A stretch of DNA of 64,000 nucleotides from Tubulanus polymorphus. Lineage: Eukaryota; Animalia; Nemertea. The notes under the pieces are model-generated. The model saw only the letters and a program-made list of their open reading frames with translations. It ran no database searches and was not told the DNA's origin. Location of the stretch: the NCBI RefSeq assembly GCF_964204645.1, contig NC_134029.1, forward strand, positions 1,860,001 through 1,924,000. The letters run 5' to 3'. Below, one piece after another: positions 12,633-25,500 of the stretch. The position numbers were made by a program, and so were the translations under genes. The stretch's first letter is position 1, and each line of letters begins with the position of its first letter.

Positions 12633-14239
12633 ACAGAATTGTGAAGATCCTCTACACAACACACCAGTAGAAATATCATAGTATTTATGACAAAAATGTA
12701 GATTTTTGTAGATTTGTTTAAACAACCAAAGATTGGTAATAGAAAGAGCACATGTACACTGGGACCATATTTATAATAACATCGTGGACCAGATATAAAT
12801 GAATTACTGAGTATTAGTCTTAACGTGTATAGATTGACATTATTAAAGGCAGCCAACATCTTGTCATTGTTTATTATCATCATAATAACCATCGAATAGG
12901 TAACTACAAAATTGATGAATCTATTTTTAGAAACATATATATTGTTAAATGCCAAATTATTGCGATGAGTTTATATGAGAATATTGTTGTAGCTGTTTGA
13001 TTCAGTAACTGATCTAGATAATATTTGTCTCATTTGTTTGTTAAGTTTTTCGTTGAAAATGCAATTTTTATCTGAAACGGTGGCAATGTTTGTAGCATGT
13101 TGGTATGTAAATGTTTATTGCCATGCTATTCGTCTGAACTTGATTCTCTACTTAAAATCTTATAAATATTATAGTGATTTGATTGTGAATTGAACTAAGT
13201 TTCAATGAATTCTCATATAAACTCATTATTGATATACAGTTTGATAAACTGATATTATGCGATGATTTCTTAGCCGTCCATATTTTATGATTGTTTGTTT
13301 GTTTGTGCTGATGTTTTGTTAGATCTGAGTACATTCTTATTTTATGCATCAGTTTTTGAATACATGTATAATGATTTTTTTGTACAAGTTTTTTGTATCG
13401 ATTTGCACCGAGTTTCAATGTTAGATCTGAACTTTACAACTTTAGAAATCCTTTATTTTAACATATTGTATGATATCATTTATAGGACAGTTTAAGATTT
13501 TTAACATTAATATTATATCAATTTATTGAACTCGAATGTTTGTTATTTATTGTAATTTATTCTAGTAAAAATAATCTGCATATATTTAGTGATGATTTTT
13601 TAGTGAATTATGGTTAGTTCTTCAGATACTTGGTGGTGAATTTTTGACTTGTTATCTAATAAGTTCAGTAGCTTTCTGTGATGCCTATTATATGCCTAGT
13701 ATTTTACAGACGATAAATCTTATTTATTTCAAGACAAGGTTTGAGGTTTTCCCTGAGATTTCAACTTCCAATATTAAGGAGAAAGGAACAGTTTCTCCTT
13801 TTATATCTCCCTTAGTTTTACTCAATTTCATTGAGTTGGATCCACAGATGTACTAATGCACTGTCTATTTCAGTAAACTAGGGTTCCATACAATTTCGCT
13901 TTCACAGGGAAGTTCCTTAACCACCTATTCAATAGTTTCTTTTTACAGTTCTATAGATATTGTTACAAATATTCGCTGATTTTAAACATGTTATAACAGC
14001 TTGTATGGTTGAAAGTGAAAGTTCATTCGAACTGAACAATAGGATATTTTTAAACTTTCTCATGAGTAAAACAGGTCTATGTCTATTAATGGCATTATTT
14101 TCGTCATATTGTAAATCATAGATTGAAGCTTTTTGACATTTCATGTGCATCACAATAAAGTTTGTACTTAATATCCAGAGTCTAAAAGCTGTGATTTTGT
14201 TTGATTGTTTCTGATCAAATTCATGCAACTATGCATTGC

Positions 14240-14380
14240 AGCAGATCCTGCTCGAACCCCGACAAAGCCATGTTGAACTGCTTCATCGAAAGGCTGTTTT
14301 CATGCAAAGACTGATGAATCCCAACTGATGTTGGTATCGATCCAGGAATTTCTAACAGGGAGAATCCATACAATGCGATA
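14240..14380 (+). mobile_element. Possible highly decayed non-LTR reverse transcriptase fragment
   Basis: Frameshifted peptides ILLE..DKA and IQEFLTGRIHTMR resemble the LINE RT motifs LDFSKAFD and WIxxFLTxRxQxV. The match is weak. Confidence 0.3.
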
Positions 14381-14577
14381 CCCGATGCCTAGTTGTATAC
14401 ACATTCAGTTTACTATCTTGATAAAGGATAGAGAAATGCCCCTGACTAACTATCAGACATCTAGGCCTGCATTTTCCTGGGACTAAATGCATGTGTCACA
14501 TTGAATGTGTTCTCATAACTGAATAAGAAGTTGAAAGAAAACTTTCAGAAAAATATTCTAACCCAAAAAGAAAACGT

Positions 14578-14649
14578 TAGCAGAGCGTGGTTTCGATCCA
14601 CGGACCTCTGGGTTATGGGCCCAGCACGCTTCCACTGCGCCACTCTGCT
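14578..14649 (-). tRNA. tRNA-iMet: Initiator tRNA-Met (anticodon CAT)
   Basis: Reverse complement AGCAGAGTGGCGCAGTGGAAGCGTGCTGGGCCCATAACCCAGAGGTCCGTGGATCGAAACCACGCTCTGCTA (72 nt). It has the A1:T72 pair, GGG/CCC anticodon stem and GATCGAAA T-loop of eukaryotic initiator tRNA, followed by oligo-T Pol III terminators. Confidence 0.98.
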
Positions 14650-15414
14650 CGGTGGAAATCGCCGCGTAGATAAATTATATATTCCCGTCAGTGTGCAAGG
14701 TGCAACCGTTGCAGTATTTCGTAAATTAACACTGTACTGCACAATATACTTGATTCGAGAAAGAATGAGATTTGTGTCAGAAATGTACTAATTTTGATTA
14801 AATCATTTGATATCCGAGACTTTATTAATCAGGATTCGAATTGATATGGCCTGGTTCTGAGGTACAAGAAATAGACTCCGCACTCTCACCTGTCACCACT
14901 AAATGAATGAACGTGTACCTGACGACTAGACCTGACCTGTTCAAAACTACCATTTATTCCTAATACAATGACAGATTTTACATCAAATATAACAGAGTAA
15001 GGAATTACAACCCCTCTTTTACTACTAACAATCACAAATAAGAGAATTCAGAAATCATCTTTTGAAGAAAACCGTAAAATAGTTCCTGAAATATTGAAAT
15101 ATCTAGTCTGTATGGAAATTGTTCAGTCCATACTATACACAGTTGTGTCACTGTGTCATACTAAATTATTAATAACATTTTCAGAATTGACCATCGTGAG
15201 ATTGACCAATCCAACAAGGTAGATTAATTTAATTACTAGACATTCTAAATGCCATAGCCGCAAGATCATAAGATTAGTAACCCACCTCCAGCAAACCAAA
15301 TAGCAATTGCAATTCTAGGTTTTATTGTTGAATAGGCCTATAAAAAGAAAAATGAAAATTATTTTGTTGTTATAATCTACCGAATTTCAGGTGTTTAATG
15401 GAGATATTGCAGTC

Positions 15415-18400
15415 ATGAAAGATTTAGTGCTTTTATCTGGTGAAGAGATACAATATACTACTTGTAAGTATGTATCGTTTTTGAATAACTGTCAGTGTTA
15501 CTCAGATAGTGAGTTGTTATTTTTGTGTTATTTTTATCAGCAGGTGAACCAGTCACATATATACCATCAGAAAGCACAGCTATACAAGGACTCCTGACTA
15601 TAACCAATTACAGACTTTGCTTTAAAAGCCTTTGTTTAGATACACTGAAGGTAAACCATCAAATATTGCCCTTATCTTAATTCTGTGTTTTTTGTCGTGC
15701 AGAATCAACTATGATAAACAAGCTTCATTCATTTCTAATTTCAGAATCCCGTTGTAGATGTTCCTTTAGGTGTGATAGCAAAAGTTGAGAATAATGAAAA
15801 TCAAATAGCTTTATTTTGTAAGGTAAGATCTCCCTGATACATGTTGGCCTGTATCATTGTCATTCTCTCCAATAGTTCTGCATGAAACGAGACAAAACAC
15901 TGATGACTTCTGCTGTCTATTTTCAGGATATAAGACGGGTAAAATTCATATTTGATGATGAAAATGTCCTCAATACAGCTTTATCTTGTCTTCAAAAATA
16001 TGCATTTCCCACTGCAAATGATCTGGTAAGTAAACATATCAAAATGTTTATGATCGACGGAAATGATTTGTGTTCAAAATTCTTTTATAAATGTATTGAT
16101 TTTTACAGCAATTTTTTGCATTTGCCTATTCAAAAACGTATAAAGAAGATGGATGGTTAATATACGATGAACTTGAGGAATACAAACGCCAGGTAAGAAA
16201 CATTGTATACACAAAATTTTACTGATTTAAGAAGTGGTCAATATATTCACTAATACATGGCCCCCTATATTATCTGCTTACTGTGATGAGAAATGACAGT
16301 TCCATTAGTGTTTTTGTGTTTTAGGGACTTCCTAATGATAAATGGAGGATCACTCGTACAAACAACAATTATGAGCTTTGTGAATCATATGGAAAAGTAG
16401 TAAGTTTCTTAATGTGCTAAAATCTATTCTTCTATAAACAATACCGGTATTAACACATGTCAATTTATGTTGATTCTTGTAGTTGTGCGTTCCAATGGAT
16501 TCAACTGATCAAGATTTAAAACTTGCTGCTGAATTTCGAGGTCGCTGTCGATTGCCTGTCAGTGTGCTCAAATTTGTTCACAAAATTACGATCGCTTTTA
16601 TGCTGTATATTATATAGAAATCTACTTTCATTCGAATAGATTTTGTCGTGGATCCATCCTGAAAATGGTGCTACTATTTGTCGGTCGTCTCATCCGCTGG
16701 TCGGAGTCGAAAATAAGAGGAATGATTACGACGAAAAACTTATCAAAAAAATTAGCGAAACTAATCGATTGAATGTTTATCGCATCATGGACGCTCGTCC
16801 TTTTCAGAGAGCAGAGGCAAATAAGGTCATTATGGATGAATATTTGAAGCATTTTATATCCAAATTGCCATTTCTTTAGTAAATGTTGGTATTAATTGTA
16901 TTTATTTGATATTTTAGACAGCTAAAGGTGGTGGTTATGAAAGAGAAGAATGTTACGAAAATTCTAAACTTGAGTTTCTCAATATACAGAACATACACGT
17001 AATCGCAGACAGGTAATTTACCAACTTCTTAGATAGATTTTTCTCGCAGAATCTTAACTGTTCTTAATTTATGACGTTACTTTTCAGCGTCAATAAATTA
17101 TGCGATTTATGTTTATCTGAAAAAGATGATTCCGATTGGGTAATAGGTTTAGAATGTACCCAATGGCTTCATCATATAAAAGTAAGTACCAGTTTGTTTG
17201 CAAACCAGAGTACAGTAAATCAGGAAAAATTGTTGACTGTTTATTTTAATGGTTTTGCAGAAAGTTTTAGAAGGTGCTGTAAAAGTAACAAATCATATTG
17301 TTAATAAGTCATCAGTATTGATCCATTGTACGGCAGGTTGGGATAGAACACCTCAGGTATATTTCACTACCCGGTATATTAGATGAATTCTATTGGGGTC
17401 ATTCATTTATTACGTACGCATTAGGGGAGGGGGGGTCAGTGCAATTGCGTACTGTAATGCTTAATGTATATGATAAAATGGCCGATTTTGCGTACAGAGG
17501 GGGGGGAGGGGGGTTGAAAAATTCAAATTTTATGCGTACGTAATAAATGAATGATCCCATTCTATTAGAGATACCGGTGCTTGTAGAATGGATGATATTT
17601 GTATTTATAGTTGGCGAGTCTAGCGATGATTATGATGGACCCTTACTACAGGAAAATCAAAGGTTTCGAAGTTTTGATAGAGAAAGAATGGCTTAGTACG
17701 GGACATAAGTATTCTACCGTGAGTATCACATACTCAATCTGACAGTCTAGTGAAGAAAAAACCTACAATACTGACGAATGATTAGGAGAGTAGTAAAGTT
17801 TCGACTCAATTGCTATGAGTCATTCAGCGCTGAATGGAAAACATAGCAACAATTCTCTCTTATATATCATATCAAGTTCAGGAACTGGTAGGCCTGTATA
17901 GGTCTTTGTCCTGATCAAAGCACTGTTCACGATTTTGCCAATTTCTTCAAATGGATTTTGCACTTAGTGGATGGATTGAGTAGGGTGGTGGCAAGATCAC
18001 TAGGCTACTCCATTCTCACAACAAATTTGTTGTCAGCCATATGCCAGTCAAGTCTATATTGTGAAGTTTTTCTGCAATAAAACAGTCAACCAACCGTCTG
18101 TGAACCGGCCTTCGTTTAACAGTATTGATTAGATTAGTTTTATGTGCGTTGTTTTACAGAGATTAGTTCACGGTGAAGATAATCACAATAGTGCTGATCG
18201 ATCACCTATGTTTGTGCAATGGATCGATTGTATCTGGCAAATATCTCAACAAGTAAATATATACCGTATACAGGATGAATAAAAGTCAACAATTCATCAT
18301 TTCAAAAATGATTGATCCCTGATATATTGTCTATTTTAGTTTCCTGGTGCGTTCGAATTCAACGAACATTTCCTGATTACGATCCTGGATCATTTGTACA

Positions 18401-18708
18401 GTTGTTTGTTCGGCACGTTCTTATTCAATTCCGAAATGCTTCGAACTAAAGAGGTAAAAATTCGTGATTCATTTCGTAATCATTTCCTGGGGTGCGATGC
18501 GAGTAAATTCAAAGAGAATATTCATGGTTTATTGTTTCAGGAAGTAAAAACTAGAACGGTTTCACTGTGGTCGTATATAAACTCAGATATTGAGCGGTAT
18601 GTAAACCCGCTGTATCGTCAGTCTGGTAAACATGTTATTGTTCCTGTAGCGAGTCTGAGCAGAATTCAGTTTTGGTCTAATTACTACGTTAGATGGAATC
18701 CGTTGTGA
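15415..18708 (+). CDS. Divergent myotubularin paralogue (MTM1/MTMR1/MTMR2 group): PH-GRAM plus phosphatase domain, altered P-loop, no C-terminal coiled coil
   Basis: 15 in-frame exons starting at about 15391, 15541, 15745, 15927, 16110, 16325, 16483, 16640, 16918, 17088, 17261, 17611, 18160, 18340 and 18541, with the same intron positions as exons 2-16 of the neighbouring MTMR2. Motifs [43 protein letters not shown] and FEFNE are present; stop after RWNPL. The start codon is uncertain (first in-frame ATG at 15415). Confidence 0.9.
17395..17558. mobile_element. MITE with terminal inverted repeats and an 8-bp target-site duplication
   Basis: TIR GGGGTCATTCATTTATTACGTACGCAT ... ATGCGTACGTAATAAATGAATGATCCC, flanked on both sides by ATTCTATT. 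An inverted copy lies at 47369-47518. Confidence 0.85.
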
Positions 18709-18850
18709 TGCAATTATCTCTCAGTCAATCAGGGACTAACTAGTATTGAAAACTGTGATATTTGCAATGTGTCTCAAGGAATTTTCTATAGTGTACTATC
18801 TTTCTACCTGATATGATAATGATATTTAAAAAAAGCTATTAAGATATTTA

Positions 18851-19070
18851 GGCTAAACAAAAATGATACCTTGTTTCTCCGCAGCGGCCGGGTCATTTTT
18901 GTAAAATATGATAAAATTTATAAACAGTTCATTTCTATAGCGGCCGGGTCTGTTATGGTGAAATTGATCACGATTTTAAAAAAAGTAATGTACAGGGTAG
19001 ATAGGCGGCCGGCCGGGTCAAGTTTTAAGCTCAACAGAGCAGAGAAACAAGGTATCAATTTTTTTTGGCC
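18851..19070. mobile_element. Tourist/PIF-Harbinger-like MITE, copy 1
   Basis: TIR GGCTAAACAAAAATGATACCTTGTTTCTC ... GAGAAACAAGGTATCAATTTTTTTTGGCC with TTA on both flanks. A near-identical copy lies at 29055-29270. Confidence 0.85.
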
Positions 19071-19536
19071 TTACTGTAAATCTAATGGATATTTTACTAA
19101 CTACTCAAAAGCTTCGAATTATTGTCTTGACAAGATAGCAATGTACTGAATTGGTGAATACTCTTAGATTTCTGGTAGAATTAATTGTCTTCCATTTTAT
19201 ATTTCGATCATTCCTCTTGATTAATATATTTTTATGTAATTTCTATACTGTTATACACCTTATGGCACATATATGAGTAGCAATAAAAATCTTCCAATCA
19301 TATTACTTATTGTCGTCCTTTAGTGGTTGGTTCCGCCCGAATAGCGACTTTCCGCTTGAATAACCTACTCTGGCACTCGAGGTAGACGAGGATTTCTACG
19401 GGCAGGTGCGAGATTCATGACGTCATCAATATGGCTATCCCGATGTGAACCATTTTCCGACTTTTTAATCAGAATTTACTGATTTATTACACCTTATTGA
19501 TCGATAATTCACCCCAAACAACACTCGCTCGATAAA

Positions 19537-22500
19537 ATGGACCCCCAAGAAACGAATGAAGAGTATTCAGAAACTGCAGGTCAAAGTGAACGTTTTGAAA
19601 ATCCTGAAGATAATAGTGAATCTGTGTCAATATCTGAGAAATCTGGCTCCCTGAAAAGTGCTACTGCGAGTAACGCCGATTCTAGCAGTAGCGTCAGTTT
19701 ATCTGGCAAACAATCTCCTTCAAAATCTCTCTGTTCATCAACTTCTACATCAACTGAGAATCTTCACAATGCGCCCGTAGAGCATATTCCTATGATAAAG
19801 GTAGGCAATAAATTTTTAGATAATTTTTGCAGTTTTTACAGTCGGAGTCTGGCTGGTCAGTGCTATTACAGCTTTTACTTCGTCTTTGAAATTCGTTTGT
19901 TGTAATGGGAATCAATTCTTCAAATTTCATTTGTTTTAACATAATTTTGGAAATTACGTTCTCATCATTTTACATCACTAATTGACAATACGTGTGAACT
20001 TCGACTACGAGACACTTTCAGGGACAACCTCCAAATACTAGACTAGATTTAGCCCTACCTTTTATATCAAGGCTTAGCTACCTTGAAGCTTAAACTTACA
20101 AAATACTTACATTCACTCGTTTCCCGTGTGAGGTTGTGGTATTAGTTGGGGACAATCTTTAGAGATACCACCTCTAAACTGGATTTGTGGTACTAATTTA
20201 GGGTCCTTTATCCCTATTTATCTTGTTTACGACTGACATGACTAAAAATAGACCCTTATTCGTTTTTATACGTGCGTACAATTTTTATCTTTTTATCCTA
20301 AATTTTCTATGCTTTTGTTGTTGTTAATGCATAATAAACTCTTGAGTGTTAATGACTTCCTTGTTTGCGTTTCCCTCGCGCTTAAAATCCAAACACGAAG
20401 CGCATTTACATCCTGATAAATATATGAAATAAATGAAATAGTTATAATGAAGGGAAGTTATTGCTGCAGTCTCAGTGACTCAGTCTACTATACAGTAAGC
20501 TGTTGAAATGTTTCGTTATGCAAGTACAATATTTCATCTGGATTCAATTCCTGAGGAAATAAACAGCGAAAACGGTGTAAAGAAAAAAAATATTCTTCGG
20601 ACAAAAAGTGATGCAGGGGTATGTTCAGCTAAAATATCAGTTTTTGTATTTGTTTGAATATTTAATCTCACCCCTGTTCGGTTGATGAATTTTGGTATCA
20701 GATCATTTCTTGATATCATAGAAGAAATAACTTACTTCTGTTGCCATCTTTTACAATAAATATTGTATATAGGCTCATGTAATTTGACACAGCTGTGGCT
20801 TAACGACATCACACCCTCTACATACTGACTTTAGAAAAACCATTCCTACCTTGTTTTGTTCATTGTAACAGAACGCACAGTTTTATACAACCACGACTCA
20901 TTTTACGCCTAGATTCTGCTAACTAGACTCACACTGTGGAACTGGGTTCAAACATAACGCGTATATTCATGTTTTGTGATAAAATTACGTCGTCGTGGAA
21001 AAGATAATTCTTATCACATGACACACAGATAATGTGTATATATCTAGTGTAAGGAGGAATATTGATCCGTTCTCTCTATACTGAAGACTGTTTTCACTGA
21101 GTGATTATTATTATATTTCGCTGGATTATTATTATTATAATATATATAATAACCCGTTATGGATAATGGAATACCCGGTGATACTGACTCTGAACAACTA
21201 GAATTAACTACTGTCAAATTCTTCAGCAATGAATATCACGAACATCCGATTGTATGTATATTTCATATCTAAACTTCAGAACACAGTTCTACGCGTTAAC
21301 TGTGTTATGTATTACCACTGAATTAAAACTTGAAACAACTGTGGAACCGGGTTCTGACTGTTGATTAAATCTGTCATCCAATTATTCCTTGAATTAAAAA
21401 AAATATGTGTCACATATACAATCAATGAACCTGCTCTATAGACTGGTGTGAAATGTATACTGAGATTAATTTATCCAAATTACTTTTTCCACATTCATTA
21501 GAAAATGTCAGTGAAGTAATTAACATTGCTGAAGGGGAGGGAGTCAAACTGTATACGATATATAACAGTAACCTGAGTTTATACCCGGTGTTTGAAATGG
21601 AAAGTGTTTGTATTTTACAGGTATCTAATAGAGATACAACTCAGAAAGCTGCTCCTGATGAACCACCATTATTACAGGGTGAAAAGATACAGGGCATGAG
21701 TAAGTTACAATTAATAAATTATTAAATTTCACCAATCTTATTGTTTTAATATGATTTTATGAATGGAATGTGGTTTGTTTTTAGCTCGTGAGGTCACCTA
21801 TCTCTGCCCATACACCGGACCAACGAAAGGAACTCTCTCGGTTACTAATTATAAACTATATTTCCGTAGCACTGATAGGGTACGTATAAGACCGTTCATT
21901 TTGGGTATCAAAACTATCATCTATTTCTTAAATTCGTCATCGTTGTTGTTTTATAGGAACCAGCTTTGATTTTGGACGTACCTCTGGGTGTGGTCAGTCG
22001 AGTTGAGAAAGTAGGTGGCGCTATGAGTCGTGGAGAGAACTCATACGGTATAGAAATATTCTGCAAGGTAAATAGAATAATTCTGAATACTGTGTTATTT
22101 ATTTGAAATGAATGAATCCTTCAGAAAATCCAGTTAAATCAAAAGTTGAATGAGAATGTTTCAGATTTTCTCTGTAGAGACCATCGTCGGGTATGGATTT
22201 TAATTCTATGATTTGTTGACTTTATGTTTTCAGGATATGAGAAATTTACGGTTTGCTCATAAACAAGAGAATCATTCTCGACGTCAAGTGTTTGAGCGAA
22301 TCAGTCAATACGCATTTCCTATCAGTAATAAATTAGTGAGTATTTTTCATATAAGGCACAAATTTCAGTTGTTTGTGTTCGGTGTTTGAGTTGATGAAAA
22401 TGTTTTTGTTTTTCAGCCAATTTTTGCGTTTGATTTCGATGAAGAATATGAAGAGAACGGCTGGTTAGTTTATGATCCGATTTCTGAATATAAACGTATG

Positions 22501-25500
22501 GTAAGTCAAATCGTTCAGGACACAGTTCCACAGTTGTGAGTGAGATTGAAGGCTTTCAATTGGCTTGATTTGAGTCAATTCCTAACTCTTAACTGTAAAT
22601 ACTGTGTGCGCAGTAATGCATTCCTAGAAGAGTTGTTTAATACTGGTACATTTACAGGGAATTCCTAATGACAGTTGGAGGATCACTCGAGCGAACGAGA
22701 ATTATGAATTGTGTGATACGTATCCACAGATAGTAAGTATTTTGATCTCTAGTTATTATTATGACTGATTATTGATTCACTGATTCAGTATCAGATTTGT
22801 ATGTTATGTTGTATTTCTAGTTAAGCGTTCCGGCGACTGCTACTGATGAAGATGTCAGACATGTCGCTGCATTCCGTAGTCGTGGACGTCTGCCTGTAAG
22901 TTGTTAACGTCCTCAAAAATTACTAGTTATAGAGGTTCTGCGGTAGAAACTGGTTTTGATTACAAATATTGTCCACCATAAAAAACGCATTAAGGCGTCA
23001 AATTTTAAACCCAAAGTTGATCACTGAAATTCCTAATGAACAGAGAAACAGTAATGAATCTAGAGCATTCATTACTGTTTCTTTGAAGATGGGATTTAGA
23101 CCATTTTGAAACTGTCAGAATAATAAATGAAGATATCATCAATTAATGAAGATATCATCAATTATTGGATCGTTCATTATCTTCAACACTCAGATGGAAT
23201 CTGGTGTTGTTTGATCTCTTATGGTCGATGGATGACATACTCTTGATTCCTCACATTGATGATTATGGAATGACCAGTTGTAATAGAGACGTTCAGTTTG
23301 CTGTATGAATTATTTGTTTTTTATAGGTTTTATCGTGGATTCATCCGGAGAGTCAAGCGACTATAACCCGCTCAGCTCAACCTCTCGTCGGAGTCGCCGG
23401 CAAGAGAAGTAAAGATGATGAACGGTATATACAGATGATTATGGATGCGAACGCGCAATCTCATAAACTCTATATTCTAGACGCTCGACCGAGTGTTAAT
23501 GCTGTCGCTAATAAGGTATCAATTCCATTAACAACTCTTTTTCTAAGGAATGGTAGCATTAGGGTTTGGAAATTTGCATCATACGTATGAGAAAAATATA
23601 TAGAAGTCACATTAAAAACCAATTGTAGGTAAACCTATTCAAATAAATGAAAAATACAACTGAAAAAACATAGATTTGTTTCATTTTTCATGAAAATGAC
23701 ATGACTAACACATTCCAGGCTGATAAACCGATTCATGGAAAGAAAAAGTCGAGAAGTTGTCCTCAGCTGGGTTCTCCCAGTAAACTGTCCGATTTAAAAC
23801 TTGATCATTTGGTAAAATTCTAACAGTTAATGTATATATAACAGTTAGGTGAATTGTACACTCTGGTTGAAATTCTGGTTATTGCTGAGATTTTCATGAT
23901 GCATGATCGATAAATCTCTAAGATCTGAGTATTTTTTTGATATTCTTGTTTTTGATTTCTAATTGTTGTTTTATTACTAACATCCATTACACATTACTAT
24001 TGGTGGCCTTCATGGATCGGACTTAGATAATAATTCATAAACGAATTTGTGTATCTTTTTCACCCCCAACTCATTCTAAGCTTTCAACCTTCTATTGTCT
24101 GTATATTAAAGCATGTTATAAAGCTTGGTATATTTGATTGTTGTGGGAAAGTGATATTCCTGAAAATGAAATAAAGTTCATGGGTTTTCACTCGGTTTAT
24201 GAGTGAAAGATTTATCTTGTTTATTATAGGCGAAAGGAGGAGGTTATGAGAATGAAGATTCGTATTCCAATGTTGAACTAGTCTTCTTGGATATTCACAA
24301 CATTCATGTCATGAGGGAAAGGTATAATCGTAGCCGGCCTATCTTCTGAAAATACTGTAGTTTTAATTTAAATGTTACCTATTTTTCACTAATCTATATA
24401 GTTTGAGGAAATTGAAAGATGTTGTTTATCCAAACATCGATGATGCCCATTGGTTGACTAGTATTGAATCAACACATTGGCTCGAACACATCAAGGTAGA
24501 TATCTGTTCGTCCAATTTAATGAGATTACCTAGGTAAATGACTTAGGAAAGTGAAAGTGATATGTTGATGATTATTTTCTAGCAAATTTTGGCTGGAGCC
24601 GTGAAAATAGCGGATAAAGTTGAGAGTAACAAAACGTCAGTGTTGATTCACTGTAGCGATGGTTGGGATCGTTCTTCACAGGTGAATATTCATCCATAAA
24701 TTCACCAGTTCAGTGTATTTAATAAACCAGTATTGATTATGTACCGATGTTCTATATTATAGTTGACGGCACTAGCTATGCTGATGTTAGATCCATACTT
24801 TAGAACGATAAAAGGATTTGAAGTTCTGATTGAAAAGGAATGGCTGAGTTTTGGACACAAATTCGGACTGGTAAAATTCTTGAATTTTGAGCACTTCCTT
24901 CGATGAATGCCTCTCTAAAGATTCTCTAATGCAGGGTTTACTATATTTTACAGCGTGTTGGTCACGGAGAAGATAAACACACTGATGCCGATAGATCACC
25001 TGTATTCCTACAGTTTATTGATTGTGTTTGGCAGATGACTAAACAAGTAAATATTAAACATCATCAATTTGCATTGCAAATAACTGCAAATACTGATGGT
25101 TAATTCCAATGAAATTTCACTTCATTTTCAGTACCCGAATGCATTTGAATTCAACGAACATTTCCTGATTACGATTCTGGATCATTTGTACAGTTGTTTG
25201 TTCGGCACATTCTTATTCAATTCCGACATGCTTCGAACTAAAGAGGTAAAAATTCTGTAGCAGATCTGAACTAAACTGTATGAGGTTAGATCTCTTTACG
25301 CACATGTCTAATTCTTAAATGCTCTCGATTCATTTCAGGAGGTTAAGACTAGAACGGTGTCAGTATGGTCATATATAAACTCTGATATAGAGGAATATAT
25401 GAATCCACTGTACGCGTCATATCTCAATCAACATGTATTATTACCAGTAGCCAGTCTTAGACGTATTGAACTATGGACCCGTTATTACATACGCTGGAAT

